DNA of 64,000 bases from contig MHBE01000032.1 in assembly GCA_001803205.1 (NCBI GenBank), positions 25,441 through 89,440 of the forward strand, given 5' to 3'. Shown here piece after piece: positions 16,331 to 25,383 of the stretch; positions within the stretch are counted from its first letter, which is position 1; each line of letters starts with the position of its first letter. The notes beneath the pieces are model-generated. The model worked only from the letters and a program-made list of their open reading frames with translations, was not told the DNA's origin and searched no databases. The stretch is from Lentisphaerae bacterium GWF2_38_69. Lineage in GTDB: Bacteria; Verrucomicrobiota; Lentisphaeria; Victivallales; GWF2-38-69. The position numbers were made by a program, and so were the translations under genes.

Positions 16331-19027
16331 CTATTCGTCAAGGTCGATATACTCATATTTCTGGATTCGGAAAGTGTCACCTGAAGTGCTGCGTTGAACA
16401 GTAGCCATAATTTTTTGGGTGGCAAGAATTTCATCACCATTGATATCAAACCTACCTATTTGCGTGACTATCTGCTCGCCTGCATCGTTTGTATCTCCAT
16501 CCTCATTAAGGTCTTTTTGTATGGTAACTCCCCCAATATCTTTAATAGTCTGAGCGACTGCAACAATGGTGAATAAGTTAGCCTCAGTTGATTTAGTCAG
16601 ATTTATGAATTTCCCAACCAGTTCTTCTTTTTTTGCATCATTAGTCTGCTGAAGATTGCCTCCTGTAGAATTATAGTTCGTGAAGAGATCAATGAGAGTT
16701 GGCTCTTTCAAAAACTCCGCCCTATTTTTATAACTCCCATTATAAGACATTAGATTATTAGCAAGATTTTCAGCAATAATGGCATTAACTTCATAACTAG
16801 TAAGCCATCCTGGAACAGTATATCCGCTCCCTATTCTGATTTTTTGAAATAATACTCTTAGAACATCTAGTTCTTTGCTGTTTATACTAATTTTCCCATA
16901 AACTTGCTTCTCAGATGTCATTTTTACCTGATCATAAATATTAGCATCTCCATCAGCATAAGCATCTCCACCGCCAATCATATTTTCAGCAACATTGTAG
17001 TTTTTAAGATTAATTGTTTGCCATTTAGCTGCCCTGTGAATAGCACCCAATTCCCAAGGCGACAGCATTTTAGAATTTCTCATATATGCAGTCGAAACAT
17101 CGTATGGCTGAGTAATTCCTGGTTCAATGTCAGCGTTCCCTCCCGGATTTGGATTGCAAACAGAATTCAATGAACCAATAGTGCCGTTTGAAGAAGTATT
17201 TATTGAAACAGGTCCATTCCAGTCTGAAGCAAGGAAGTTCTGCCTGGGATCATTTATTTCATAATCGATATAAAGATTTTGAGATGTCCCAGTTGCAGTT
17301 AATGTACTAGAAGTGCAGTAGCCAGTATCAACATAAGAATAATCTAACATATTACCTGTAGTGTCATTAAGTTTTACAGTTAAGTTATTAATTTTGAATT
17401 CCGTTATACTTCTTGAAAGACCAGGAACAGCGTTAAAATCTACTGATAAAAAAGCTAAGCTGCTAGAAGCGGTTGAAGCAGAACTATATGTTTTACTGTT
17501 TGTTGTCTGGGAAATTGTTGTAGAAATATCTGTGAATGACTCCAAAGTATTATTGCCATTAGGATTCGGTGCCCATTTGAATTGCCCTGAAACTTTGATT
17601 TGAGCAGAAGTAGATATATTGGCTATTTCATAAAGATTTACCAGCTCAAGGCTTACTTCATCAAGGCTTATTCTGCAGACATAAATTGAATTTGATGGGC
17701 TTATATTTGATTCTGAAACACTTCCTGTGAACTTCAATCTTACCTCATTTATGTAAGGACATTTTTCCAGTCCTACATAAGCGGGTTGGGTTGGATTATC
17801 TGTTGTGGCAACCGTATCTGTATCGTTATAATCAATAAGATTTGCTGCAATCTGTAAACGCGCTGAATCTGCGGTTGAAAAATCTCCGTTATTTTTCCAG
17901 TTCCTTATCCAATTTATTGCATAAAGTTCTTCATCTGGTTTATTGATTGAAAATTTAACTGGTTCAGAAATAATTGAATCTACAGAAAGATCATTCCAGT
18001 TTGATCTCATAAGATTAAAGCGATGATAAAGCTCTGATTCTTCTTTTAATTCATCTGAATTGGCATTAACCCAATATGCTTCCGCATCAGGAGGGTTGTC
18101 GATGTATAACACACTACGAAATCCATTTGCGGCAGCCATGTCAGTAATCTTTCCTTGTGGGTTCATAATTTCCAAAGCCCCGAAAAGCTCTTTATAGTCC
18201 TTCCATCTACCGCCGATCGGGAGGCGCCCTGCCGGAGTATTTACGGAGCTTAACTTCTGATCGAAAATCTGTTTAAACCATAAACTTCCCGAACCTGTAC
18301 CTAAGCATCTCAAGAAAAGTTCAGAGATATCTCGTCCAGGTCTTCCAATCACATAAGTACCATCAGGATTGACCATGGTAATTTCCCTGTTGGTTTCTCC
18401 AGGACTTCCATCAGATCCTAAATTAGCGGAAGGTTCATTGGATTCAGTTGGTGTTTGATTTTCACTTAATCCCAATAATTCAGCATTTAATCCCGAATCA
18501 GCTCCCGCTGAAGGATCTACTTTCCCTTTATCTGCTATTACGACATAAGCAATTCTGGATATAAGAGGATACGAAGCATATCCTGAAGGAAGCGGCAGAT
18601 AAATCCATGTTTTGGCATCATGGCTAGTAACATCATATGTCCCGGAAGAATTAAGGGAATCAATTATCGTCACTCCGTTTACGGTAGTTTTAAGGTTTTC
18701 ATCAAGCTGGTCATAGTATATTGCAGAGTCTTCTATTGAAGTCATATAATTATTATCGTAATCGTATTCTACTTCATGATGACTCCATATCTCTTCCTGG
18801 GCAATTGTTGTATATTTGCTTACTTGCTTCATTGATACCATTGCACGATTAAGAGCTGATTGGGTAGAGATTCTTGCAACAACCATAGCATCATTGCTTT
18901 TTGTAGCTTTCTTTTCTATTATGCTTGAAGTAAGAAAAGTCAAAGCAAGCATCAGTAAAAGAATACATACTGCTATTGCGATTATAATAGCTGTCCCATT
19001 TTCTTCGTTGTTCAACAACTTTTTCAC
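16331..19027 (-). CDS. large GspK-like minor pseudopilin (cassette 1)
   Basis: The GspK-type N-terminus ENGTAIIIAIAVCILLLML has Gly followed by a hydrophobic helix and no Glu+5. A late GKISINSKELDVLRVLF segment resembles the GspK (G)KININTA..VL helix-hairpin-helix motif. It is third in an I/J/K-like gene order and is paralogous to 22832-25363. Confidence 0.6.
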   Translation of the reverse strand: MKKLLNNEENGTAIIIAIAVCILLLMLALTFLTSSIIEKKATKSNDAMVVARISTQSALNRAMVSMKQVSKYTTIAQEEIWSHHEVEYDYDNNYMTSIEDSAIYYDQLDENLKTTVNGVTIIDSLNSSGTYDVTSHDAKTWIYLPLPSGYASYPLISRIAYVVIADKGKVDPSAGADSGLNAELLGLSENQTPTESNEPSANLGSDGSPGETNREITMVNPDGTYVIGRPGRDISELFLRCLGTGSGSLWFKQIFDQKLSSVNTPAGRLPIGGRWKDYKELFGALEIMNPQGKITDMAAANGFRSVLYIDNPPDAEAYWVNANSDELKEESELYHRFNLMRSNWNDLSVDSIISEPVKFSINKPDEELYAINWIRNWKNNGDFSTADSARLQIAANLIDYNDTDTVATTDNPTQPAYVGLEKCPYINEVRLKFTGSVSESNISPSNSIYVCRISLDEVSLELVNLYEIANISTSAQIKVSGQFKWAPNPNGNNTLESFTDISTTISQTTNSKTYSSASTASSSLAFLSVDFNAVPGLSRSITEFKINNLTVKLNDTTGNMLDYSYVDTGYCTSSTLTATGTSQNLYIDYEINDPRQNFLASDWNGPVSINTSSNGTIGSLNSVCNPNPGGNADIEPGITQPYDVSTAYMRNSKMLSPWELGAIHRAAKWQTINLKNYNVAENMIGGGDAYADGDANIYDQVKMTSEKQVYGKISINSKELDVLRVLFQKIRIGSGYTVPGWLTSYEVNAIIAENLANNLMSYNGSYKNRAEFLKEPTLIDLFTNYNSTGGNLQQTNDAKKEELVGKFINLTKSTEANLFTIVAVAQTIKDIGGVTIQKDLNEDGDTNDAGEQIVTQIGRFDINGDEILATQKIMATVQRSTSGDTFRIQKYEYIDLDE

Positions 19028-19028
19028 T

Positions 19029-19835
19029 TCAGTTTTGACCTCTCTCGCTTAATAAGACAGTTTTTGAAAACATAATCTCATTTTTTTCCCTAAAATTTGC
19101 TGCAGCAGAATTCGATAAAGTTTCACTTCCATCAATAGCTTCCTTGGGATTACCTCCTATAGATAACCATTTTAGCCATTCTGAATGTGGAAGTATGAAA
19201 ATCCTGATTTCTATTGAATAAGGAAGTTCTTGAATAGAATCTTGAGAAGATGATATAATCGCGCCTGTCCTTTGAAAGCAATTAAATTCTATTTTTGTAA
19301 CATAAGGAATGATTTTGTTCGCAGGTTCGCTAGAATCATTGTTTGCAGTAAAAGCCTTGCCGCTACCCGTAAGTCCAACAGACAATGGATAATCATTGAA
19401 ATCCCATTTCTCGCTTCCTTCACCTGTTATACTCCTCATAAGCCAGCCGTCCGAATCAGATATAACTGAATTTTCAGGATACCAAAGGAAGTATTTAACC
19501 TCGTAAAGTCCTGAATAGCTTTCAGAAGCATCTTTTATGTCAATAATTGATATAAAGTTAATAGCCTGGCTATCATACCATTGATTTGTTGAAGTTTTGG
19601 ATTTAAACCAAAAAGGGGCAGTATCAGCAGTATAGTAAACAGACTGCAAATCTCGTGAGATCAATTCAAGAGCTATCCTGCCATCTTCAAATGCCTGTCT
19701 TTTCGATTCAGAAATAGACCATATATTTTTTGCAGAATTAAAGAACATCAAAACAATTCCTAGTATTATGACAAATATCAAAAGACTTGCAATAAGCTCA
19801 ATAAGAGTAAATATTTTTGAAGTTTTAACAATCAT
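19029..19835 (-). CDS. GspJ-like minor pseudopilin (cassette 1)
   Basis: Has the N-terminal prepilin-type motif KIFTLIELIASLLIF with Glu+5, followed by the GspJ-like ...RIALELISRDLQSVYY. It is paralogous to 21999-22835. Confidence 0.65.
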   Translation of the reverse strand: MIVKTSKIFTLIELIASLLIFVIILGIVLMFFNSAKNIWSISESKRQAFEDGRIALELISRDLQSVYYTADTAPFWFKSKTSTNQWYDSQAINFISIIDIKDASESYSGLYEVKYFLWYPENSVISDSDGWLMRSITGEGSEKWDFNDYPLSVGLTGSGKAFTANNDSSEPANKIIPYVTKIEFNCFQRTGAIISSSQDSIQELPYSIEIRIFILPHSEWLKWLSIGGNPKEAIDGSETLSNSAAANFREKNEIMFSKTVLLSERGQN

Positions 19836-20524
19836 TTTGCGATACCGCCTGGAGTTACATTGTTAAAATTAAAAATTTCAAAATAATATCTGTTTTTAGT
19901 TCTTTTCGAATATGGCTTGTCAGCAGGATAGCTTATTTCAATGTTTATGCCTGCAACAATTGCTTCGATATTGGCAAGTTTTTTAGTAGAATCAATGCTT
20001 GTTTCTTTATCTTCAGTATATCCTGCCACATAAAGATCTCGTAAATAAAAAGGGTCTGAAGAAGGTGTTTTATAAAATAATTGTCTCCAAACAATTGCTT
20101 CCCCCGTAAAATCAACAACATCCCCTGTCTTTATCTTAATTCCAAAGATTCCTTTAGTAAGAGGATTATTGTCAATATCTACATCTGAAGCAATATAGAT
20201 AATTGATTCTTCAGGAATATTCCAAGCAGAAGTATCCATAACGCTTGAAGGTTTGATTTCATATGGAGGCTCATTGTCTCCAGTAGATGTAGGGAGATTT
20301 GACATAACAGTATTCCATTTCGGAGTGGGCTCATTAGTCTCTCTTGAAAGATAAGCAAAAATTATGTCTGCTGCAATTGATGAATATGTTGCACCGATAG
20401 AGTCCCTATTTTGGCTAATTCCTGTAGGGAAAATTGCTAGTATGCCTATTGCTCCCAATGCAAGAATTCCTATTGCAAGAACAATTTCAACAAGAGAAAA
20501 ACTACTTTTAATAAAATTTCTCAT
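19832..20524 (-). CDS. pseudopilin with prepilin-type N-terminus (cassette 1, first gene)
   Basis: The N-terminus is MRNFIKSSFSLVEIVLAIGILALGA (F-S-L-V-E motif). The C-terminal block EISYPADKPYSKRTKNRYYFEIFN is shared with the product of 20827-21951. Confidence 0.6.
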   Translation of the reverse strand: MRNFIKSSFSLVEIVLAIGILALGAIGILAIFPTGISQNRDSIGATYSSIAADIIFAYLSRETNEPTPKWNTVMSNLPTSTGDNEPPYEIKPSSVMDTSAWNIPEESIIYIASDVDIDNNPLTKGIFGIKIKTGDVVDFTGEAIVWRQLFYKTPSSDPFYLRDLYVAGYTEDKETSIDSTKKLANIEAIVAGINIEISYPADKPYSKRTKNRYYFEIFNFNNVTPGGIAK

Positions 20525-20640
20525 ATATCTATTGTATCCTTCTATCAGATCAAACGGAAGAGTATTTGATAAATAATAAAAAACAATAATTATCTTTATT
20601 CTTTTTACTCAAGCTTTTATCGACACTAATAATTATCTCT

Positions 20641-20727
20641 ATTAATTAAGAAATAAAATTCTTATGAAAGCAATCTTAAGTTAATTTGGAGGTATATGTC
20701 AAATTAATTAAGAATTTATGTCAAATT
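20641..20727. promoter_or_regulatory. repeated words in the divergent promoter region between the two pseudopilin cassettes
   Basis: ATTAATTAAGAA occurs at 20641-20652 and 20703-20714. TATGTCAAATT occurs at 20695-20705 and 20717-20727, 22 bp apart. The words lie in the 302-bp gap between divergent starts at 20524 and 20827. Confidence 0.3.
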
Positions 20728-20826
20728 TGAATCTTTTCGCTTTAGTTACCTTTTTATTTATCGATAAAATATATATAATTTCTCATAAGAATAGAGAATG
20801 AGGATTAGGCATAATTGGAGGTAAGT

Positions 20827-21951
20827 ATGAAGATTACAAATAAGAATTTCTTTTCATTAATTGAACTATGCTTAGCTATTGGAGTCTTGGCGGTAGGAGC
20901 TACGGCAGTAACAACAATGATTCCAGTGGGAATTAAGGAGAATAGAGAATCCATTGGAAATAATTACTCATCAATATTTGCGGATGACATGCATTCATAC
21001 ATTTCAAATTATGCGCTTAATTTGACTCCGGAAAATTGGAAAGCTTATTTTAATAATCTAATGATGCCGAAAAATGGTTTTCCTTCTGTGGTGTCATCGA
21101 ATAATTGGACTCTCCTTCAGGGAGATATTTATTCACCTTCTAAAGAAGATTACAAAAACCCTGGAAATTATACCAGCGCTCTGCCTGGCGTGTACGGAAT
21201 AAAAGTACACTCAGGAAATTCTAATACTCCTGATTTTGTAGCTCAGGCAAACATTTGGGTTACGGAAGTACAAAATCTGAATCTGGCTAATTCATACGGC
21301 AATGCACAGCAAACTTCTGGAGGATTTGTAAATGTCGGTGGAGGTTCTTCTCAATCTACTACCCCTGCTGAGAGCGTTACAATGTATAAAGTTACAAGCA
21401 ACAATATTGGCATCAACCCCAATAACAGCACTTGGGTCTTTGAATTGAAAAAACCTGATGGCTCGTATTTTACCAGAGCTGATATGAAAGAAAATAAGAA
21501 AAATGATTTGTATAACAACCCAGGCGTTACAATGGAGGCAATTCTTATAAAAATGAGAATGAAAGGAGGAGGTCCTGATATAACAGTTGACACAAGTTAT
21601 TCTGTTGATCTTAAGGGAAAAAATATCATATTTGAAGCTCCGTCATCTGATCCTATGGAAGTTTGTATCTGGAAAGAAAATGGCGGAATGGGTCAATGGT
21701 ATATTAGATTTGAAGGTGGATATAGTACTATTATATCGACAGAAGATGGCAGCAGCCTTAATCTTCCAGATAAAGAAAGCGTAGCAAATCCATTGCTTTC
21801 AGATCCAAATGCTAATAATTCATTAACAACAGGAGATCTTGCTAAAGGAGTAAATGTTGAAATCAGCTGGCCTATTGAAGCGCCATACGCAAATAGAACT
21901 AAATTAAAATATTATTTTGAAGTATTTAATAAAGACTTGATTGCTCCTTAA
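20827..21951 (+). CDS. pseudopilin with prepilin-type N-terminus (cassette 2, first gene)
   Basis: I prefer the ATG at 20827, which is preceded by GGAGG at 20816-20820; the ORF-track start at 20815 is TTG. The N-terminus is MKITNKNFFSLIELCLAIGVLAVGA. The C-terminal block EISWPIEAPYANRTKLKYYFEVFN matches the cassette-1 paralog. Confidence 0.6.
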   Translation: MKITNKNFFSLIELCLAIGVLAVGATAVTTMIPVGIKENRESIGNNYSSIFADDMHSYISNYALNLTPENWKAYFNNLMMPKNGFPSVVSSNNWTLLQGDIYSPSKEDYKNPGNYTSALPGVYGIKVHSGNSNTPDFVAQANIWVTEVQNLNLANSYGNAQQTSGGFVNVGGGSSQSTTPAESVTMYKVTSNNIGINPNNSTWVFELKKPDGSYFTRADMKENKKNDLYNNPGVTMEAILIKMRMKGGGPDITVDTSYSVDLKGKNIIFEAPSSDPMEVCIWKENGGMGQWYIRFEGGYSTIISTEDGSSLNLPDKESVANPLLSDPNANNSLTTGDLAKGVNVEISWPIEAPYANRTKLKYYFEVFNKDLIAP

Positions 21952-21998
21952 AAGGCTTTTATAGCCTTTCTATCAAATCAGGGATATAATGTTTGACT

Positions 21999-22835
21999 AT
22001 GAATGCATTTAAGGTAAAGCTATCTCTGACTTTTACTTTGATTGAACTTATAGTCTCAATAGTTGTTTTGACTTTGTTAGCTATTGGAGCGGTTCAATTT
22101 TACAATGCAGCCCAAAACGCATGGACTCAGGCAGAATCAAAGAGAGAAATTTTTGAAAATGCCAGAATCGCTCTGGATTTGATTTCAAGAGACTTAGAAA
22201 GCGCATATTACGGAAGCGGGGCAGGTTCTTTTTGGCATTGGAAAGGAAATACTGACTGGAATGAATACAGTAACGAGCTTCTCGCTTTTGTTTCGGATAC
22301 TCCTATTCCACCAAATAACTCTTGTACGAGTAACTTGTGTGAAATCAAGTATCAGCTTTGTTATACTGAAAATTTAGATGACGATAAATTTGGCTGGCTG
22401 AGAAGAAGCGTCACTGGAAACTATTCCGGGACATCACCTAATCCCAAATGGAATTTTTTCAATAATTCTACTGTAGGATATACTACAAATGCCATTGGTG
22501 GCATTCCATCGGCTTCATTTACTGCTAACTCTAGTTCTTCAGAAAGCTATCAAAAATTAATTCCATATGTATTAGATGTTTCTTTTATATGTGATACTGA
22601 TACAGACCCGGGAGCTGCAATTCCTCCTGATACTACAACTAATTCAGGAGCTGATGCATGCAATGTAACTCAGTTTCCGAATCTGGTAATGGTAGATATT
22701 ACTTTGATGGATAGAAGTTCATGGACAAAATGGGTCGACTTACTAAAAAATAGTTCAACAAATGCTGATGCGTTTAGAGAAGAACATCAGAAAACTTTTT
22801 CAAGAATGATATTTTTAGATGATAGAGGACAATGA
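21999..22835 (+). CDS. GspJ-like minor pseudopilin (cassette 2)
   Basis: The start is ATG at 21999 (an in-frame TTG at 21993 is also possible). Has the motifs LTFTLIELIVSIVVL and RIALDLISRDLESAYY. The C-terminal FSRMIFLDDRGQ parallels FSKTVLLSERGQN in the paralog. Confidence 0.65.
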   Translation: MNAFKVKLSLTFTLIELIVSIVVLTLLAIGAVQFYNAAQNAWTQAESKREIFENARIALDLISRDLESAYYGSGAGSFWHWKGNTDWNEYSNELLAFVSDTPIPPNNSCTSNLCEIKYQLCYTENLDDDKFGWLRRSVTGNYSGTSPNPKWNFFNNSTVGYTTNAIGGIPSASFTANSSSSESYQKLIPYVLDVSFICDTDTDPGAAIPPDTTTNSGADACNVTQFPNLVMVDITLMDRSSWTKWVDLLKNSSTNADAFREEHQKTFSRMIFLDDRGQ

Positions 22836-25363
22836 GCAAGCTTATAAATGAAAAAGGGATAGCAACAATAATGACAATTGGGTTTGTCGTTCTTATGTTT
22901 TGTATCGCTTTAGCATTTATCACCACATCAATAATTGAAAAAAAATCTTCTCTTAATTTTCAGAGCATTGCAGTCGCAAGGCTTGCGGCACAATCAGCTA
23001 TGAGCAGAGCTTTAGCACAAATGAAATCAATTGATACACGGCTGCCATTGCATGATAAAGTTTATTCATATAGATATGAAAATGACAGCGCTGATTCGGA
23101 ATCTGACCGTGCTGGTGAAACTCTGAAATTAATAAACGCTTTATCAATTCAAATAAACGGCACGGATTATGTCCCAGTCTCCTATTCCGGAACTGACACT
23201 CCATTTGCCTGGATATACAATGTCGATACCGACAGAAAGTTGATTTCAAGAATGGCTTATGTAGTAATAACTGACTCCGGAAAACTAGACCCCTCGGCGG
23301 TTCTTGATTCGGGAACAACCTCAGGATTGCATCCTTCAGAGATAAATACAGGAATAGCCGCAAATGCCACTAATGGAATTTCTGGAGAAAATAATAGAGA
23401 AATAACAATGACAACCTCTACAACATCAAAGATAATTGGCCGGCCTGGGGCAAATGTAAATGAAATATTCCTAAGATCAATAACAAATTCGGAAAGCTGG
23501 TTTACTTCAACAGGGATAGGAAATTATGCTGAAAGAATGAGCATGACGAATTCAGACGGCACTTCATCTACAGGGGCAACATCAACCTATCTTCTTCCCG
23601 GTAATAGATGGGCTGATTATGATCAGATTTTTAAAGCCATTGAAATTGACCAGAATGATATAACAAATTTCAAAAATTTATTTTCTGTTTATGAGCCAGC
23701 TATCCCGGAAGAGTATTGGATTGATGTTAATTCAGACGGAATAAGAAGCATGTCGGAACTCTATTCAAGATTTAATTTGGGAAATGCAAACTGGGATTCG
23801 CTGACTATCAGCGATATAGATATCCCATGGTTGCAAAATTGGAAAAACCAGGGAGGATTTCCTTCCGCTTCTGATGCGAAAAATCAGATAATCGCCAATT
23901 TGATTGATTATTGCGACTCTGATGACAACCCAACTACGGATTATTCCGGAAGCAATATTCCCACATATTTCGGGCTTGAAAAAGTTCCATATGTAAATGA
24001 AGTGCGGATTCCTCTTAGTATTAATTTAGAGAAGAATGGCAGTGGAAATAAGACATGGCGATATCATACTATTTCAATAATGGATCCCGGCGTGGAAATA
24101 GAACTTGTTAATATGTATGGAAGTGTGCCTGATTCAAAAGTAAAACTGACGCTATATATAAGCATGAGGGTTAACGGAACTGAATCTCTTCCTTCATTTA
24201 TTTATGAAAATGATTTATTTCCTACTCCGTACAGTTTTCTTTCATCTGGATATCAGAAACAAGCATCGACCTTTTATAGTCTAGACGGCACTACTGCAGA
24301 AAAATATAATGTCTCATCTTTGCCATTGGAAGCAAAAGTAGACACTCTGATTGTGGAAGTCAGCAGTTCAACCACTACACAATATTATGATTATGCCGCC
24401 ATAAGCACGCCAAGCACGGCAGAGTGGATAAGTTTAGGAAATATTCCGGATGGTGTTTGGCAGGAAAGGTATATTGATTTTCAGGTTAAAGATCCAAGAC
24501 AAAACTTATTGCCAAGTGACTGGGAAGTTGACATTGACAGTTCATCTAATGGCACTTTAGATGAATTAAATCCAAAAAACAGTAATTTCCCCTCCTCATT
24601 TTCAGGAACGGATACTGATATCGAATCGAACAACATACAGCCTTATGAAATATCTACTGCATATATTCGCAATGCTCCTATGAAATCGCCATGGGAATTG
24701 GGATTTATACACAGGGGAAAAGCATTTCAGACAATTAACCTGAAACAATATAATACTACTGAAGGTTATAATGACGGCGCCGGAGGCAATTCATATTCAG
24801 ACGGAGATGCCAACATCCTTGATCAAATAAAAATGAGTTCGGAAGATTCTGAGTATGGTAAAGTAAACTTGAATACACAAAACGATACTGTTTTGAGATC
24901 CCTTTTTGACAAAATAAGAATAGGAAGCGATCCTGATAATCCTGGCTGGCTAACCACTTACAGTATCACCAACAACAATGGTTCAGATACAGCGGCACAA
25001 ATATCATCAACTATTAGAGGTTTTACCTCTGGAACCAATTTAAGTACACGAGCTGAATTGCTTTCAAATTCGAGTGTTACAAACAAATTAACTACTCTTT
25101 CAGGGCAAGTAAATGACAGGACTCAGGAGGAAGTTATAGGTAAATTTATCAATCTTACTGATGCAAGTCCCGGCAATGTTTTTTATGTTATTGCAATTGG
25201 AGAAGCTATTAAAGATGTCGGATTTGGGAACTCAACTAACTTTGAAGTGTTTGACTCAAATGCAGACATGATTTTGGCAACGCAAAAAATATACGCAATC
25301 ATACAGAGAAACCCAATAGATAATAGCTTTAAAATTATTCGGCTACAGTATGTAACCGAATAA
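22832..25363 (+). CDS. large GspK-like minor pseudopilin (cassette 2)
   Basis: The N-terminus is EKGIATIMTIGFVVLMF. It shares collinear blocks with 16331-19027: REITM..IGRPG..(S/N)E(L/I)FLR, Q I(A/I)ANLIDY.D.D, GLEK.PY(I/V)NEVR, SPWELG.IHR...QTINLK.YN and DGDANI.DQ.KM(T/S)SE..YGK(I/V).(I/L)N(S/T). Its start overlaps the upstream stop. Confidence 0.6.
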   Translation: MSKLINEKGIATIMTIGFVVLMFCIALAFITTSIIEKKSSLNFQSIAVARLAAQSAMSRALAQMKSIDTRLPLHDKVYSYRYENDSADSESDRAGETLKLINALSIQINGTDYVPVSYSGTDTPFAWIYNVDTDRKLISRMAYVVITDSGKLDPSAVLDSGTTSGLHPSEINTGIAANATNGISGENNREITMTTSTTSKIIGRPGANVNEIFLRSITNSESWFTSTGIGNYAERMSMTNSDGTSSTGATSTYLLPGNRWADYDQIFKAIEIDQNDITNFKNLFSVYEPAIPEEYWIDVNSDGIRSMSELYSRFNLGNANWDSLTISDIDIPWLQNWKNQGGFPSASDAKNQIIANLIDYCDSDDNPTTDYSGSNIPTYFGLEKVPYVNEVRIPLSINLEKNGSGNKTWRYHTISIMDPGVEIELVNMYGSVPDSKVKLTLYISMRVNGTESLPSFIYENDLFPTPYSFLSSGYQKQASTFYSLDGTTAEKYNVSSLPLEAKVDTLIVEVSSSTTTQYYDYAAISTPSTAEWISLGNIPDGVWQERYIDFQVKDPRQNLLPSDWEVDIDSSSNGTLDELNPKNSNFPSSFSGTDTDIESNNIQPYEISTAYIRNAPMKSPWELGFIHRGKAFQTINLKQYNTTEGYNDGAGGNSYSDGDANILDQIKMSSEDSEYGKVNLNTQNDTVLRSLFDKIRIGSDPDNPGWLTTYSITNNNGSDTAAQISSTIRGFTSGTNLSTRAELLSNSSVTNKLTTLSGQVNDRTQEEVIGKFINLTDASPGNVFYVIAIGEAIKDVGFGNSTNFEVFDSNADMILATQKIYAIIQRNPIDNSFKIIRLQYVTE

Positions 25364-25383
25364 CTTAGGAACTTGAATTCTAT

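Noticed and set aside
16900-17000. Short tandem-looking repeats (catctcc/agcat periodicity; the antisense ORF translates to ISISISIS), which could suggest a repeat array.
   Set aside because: It is the coding sequence for the conserved GGGDAYADGDANIYDQ block of the K-like pseudopilin, which is also present in the paralog. It is not a spacer-repeat structure, and no CRISPR-like regular spacing occurs anywhere in the window.
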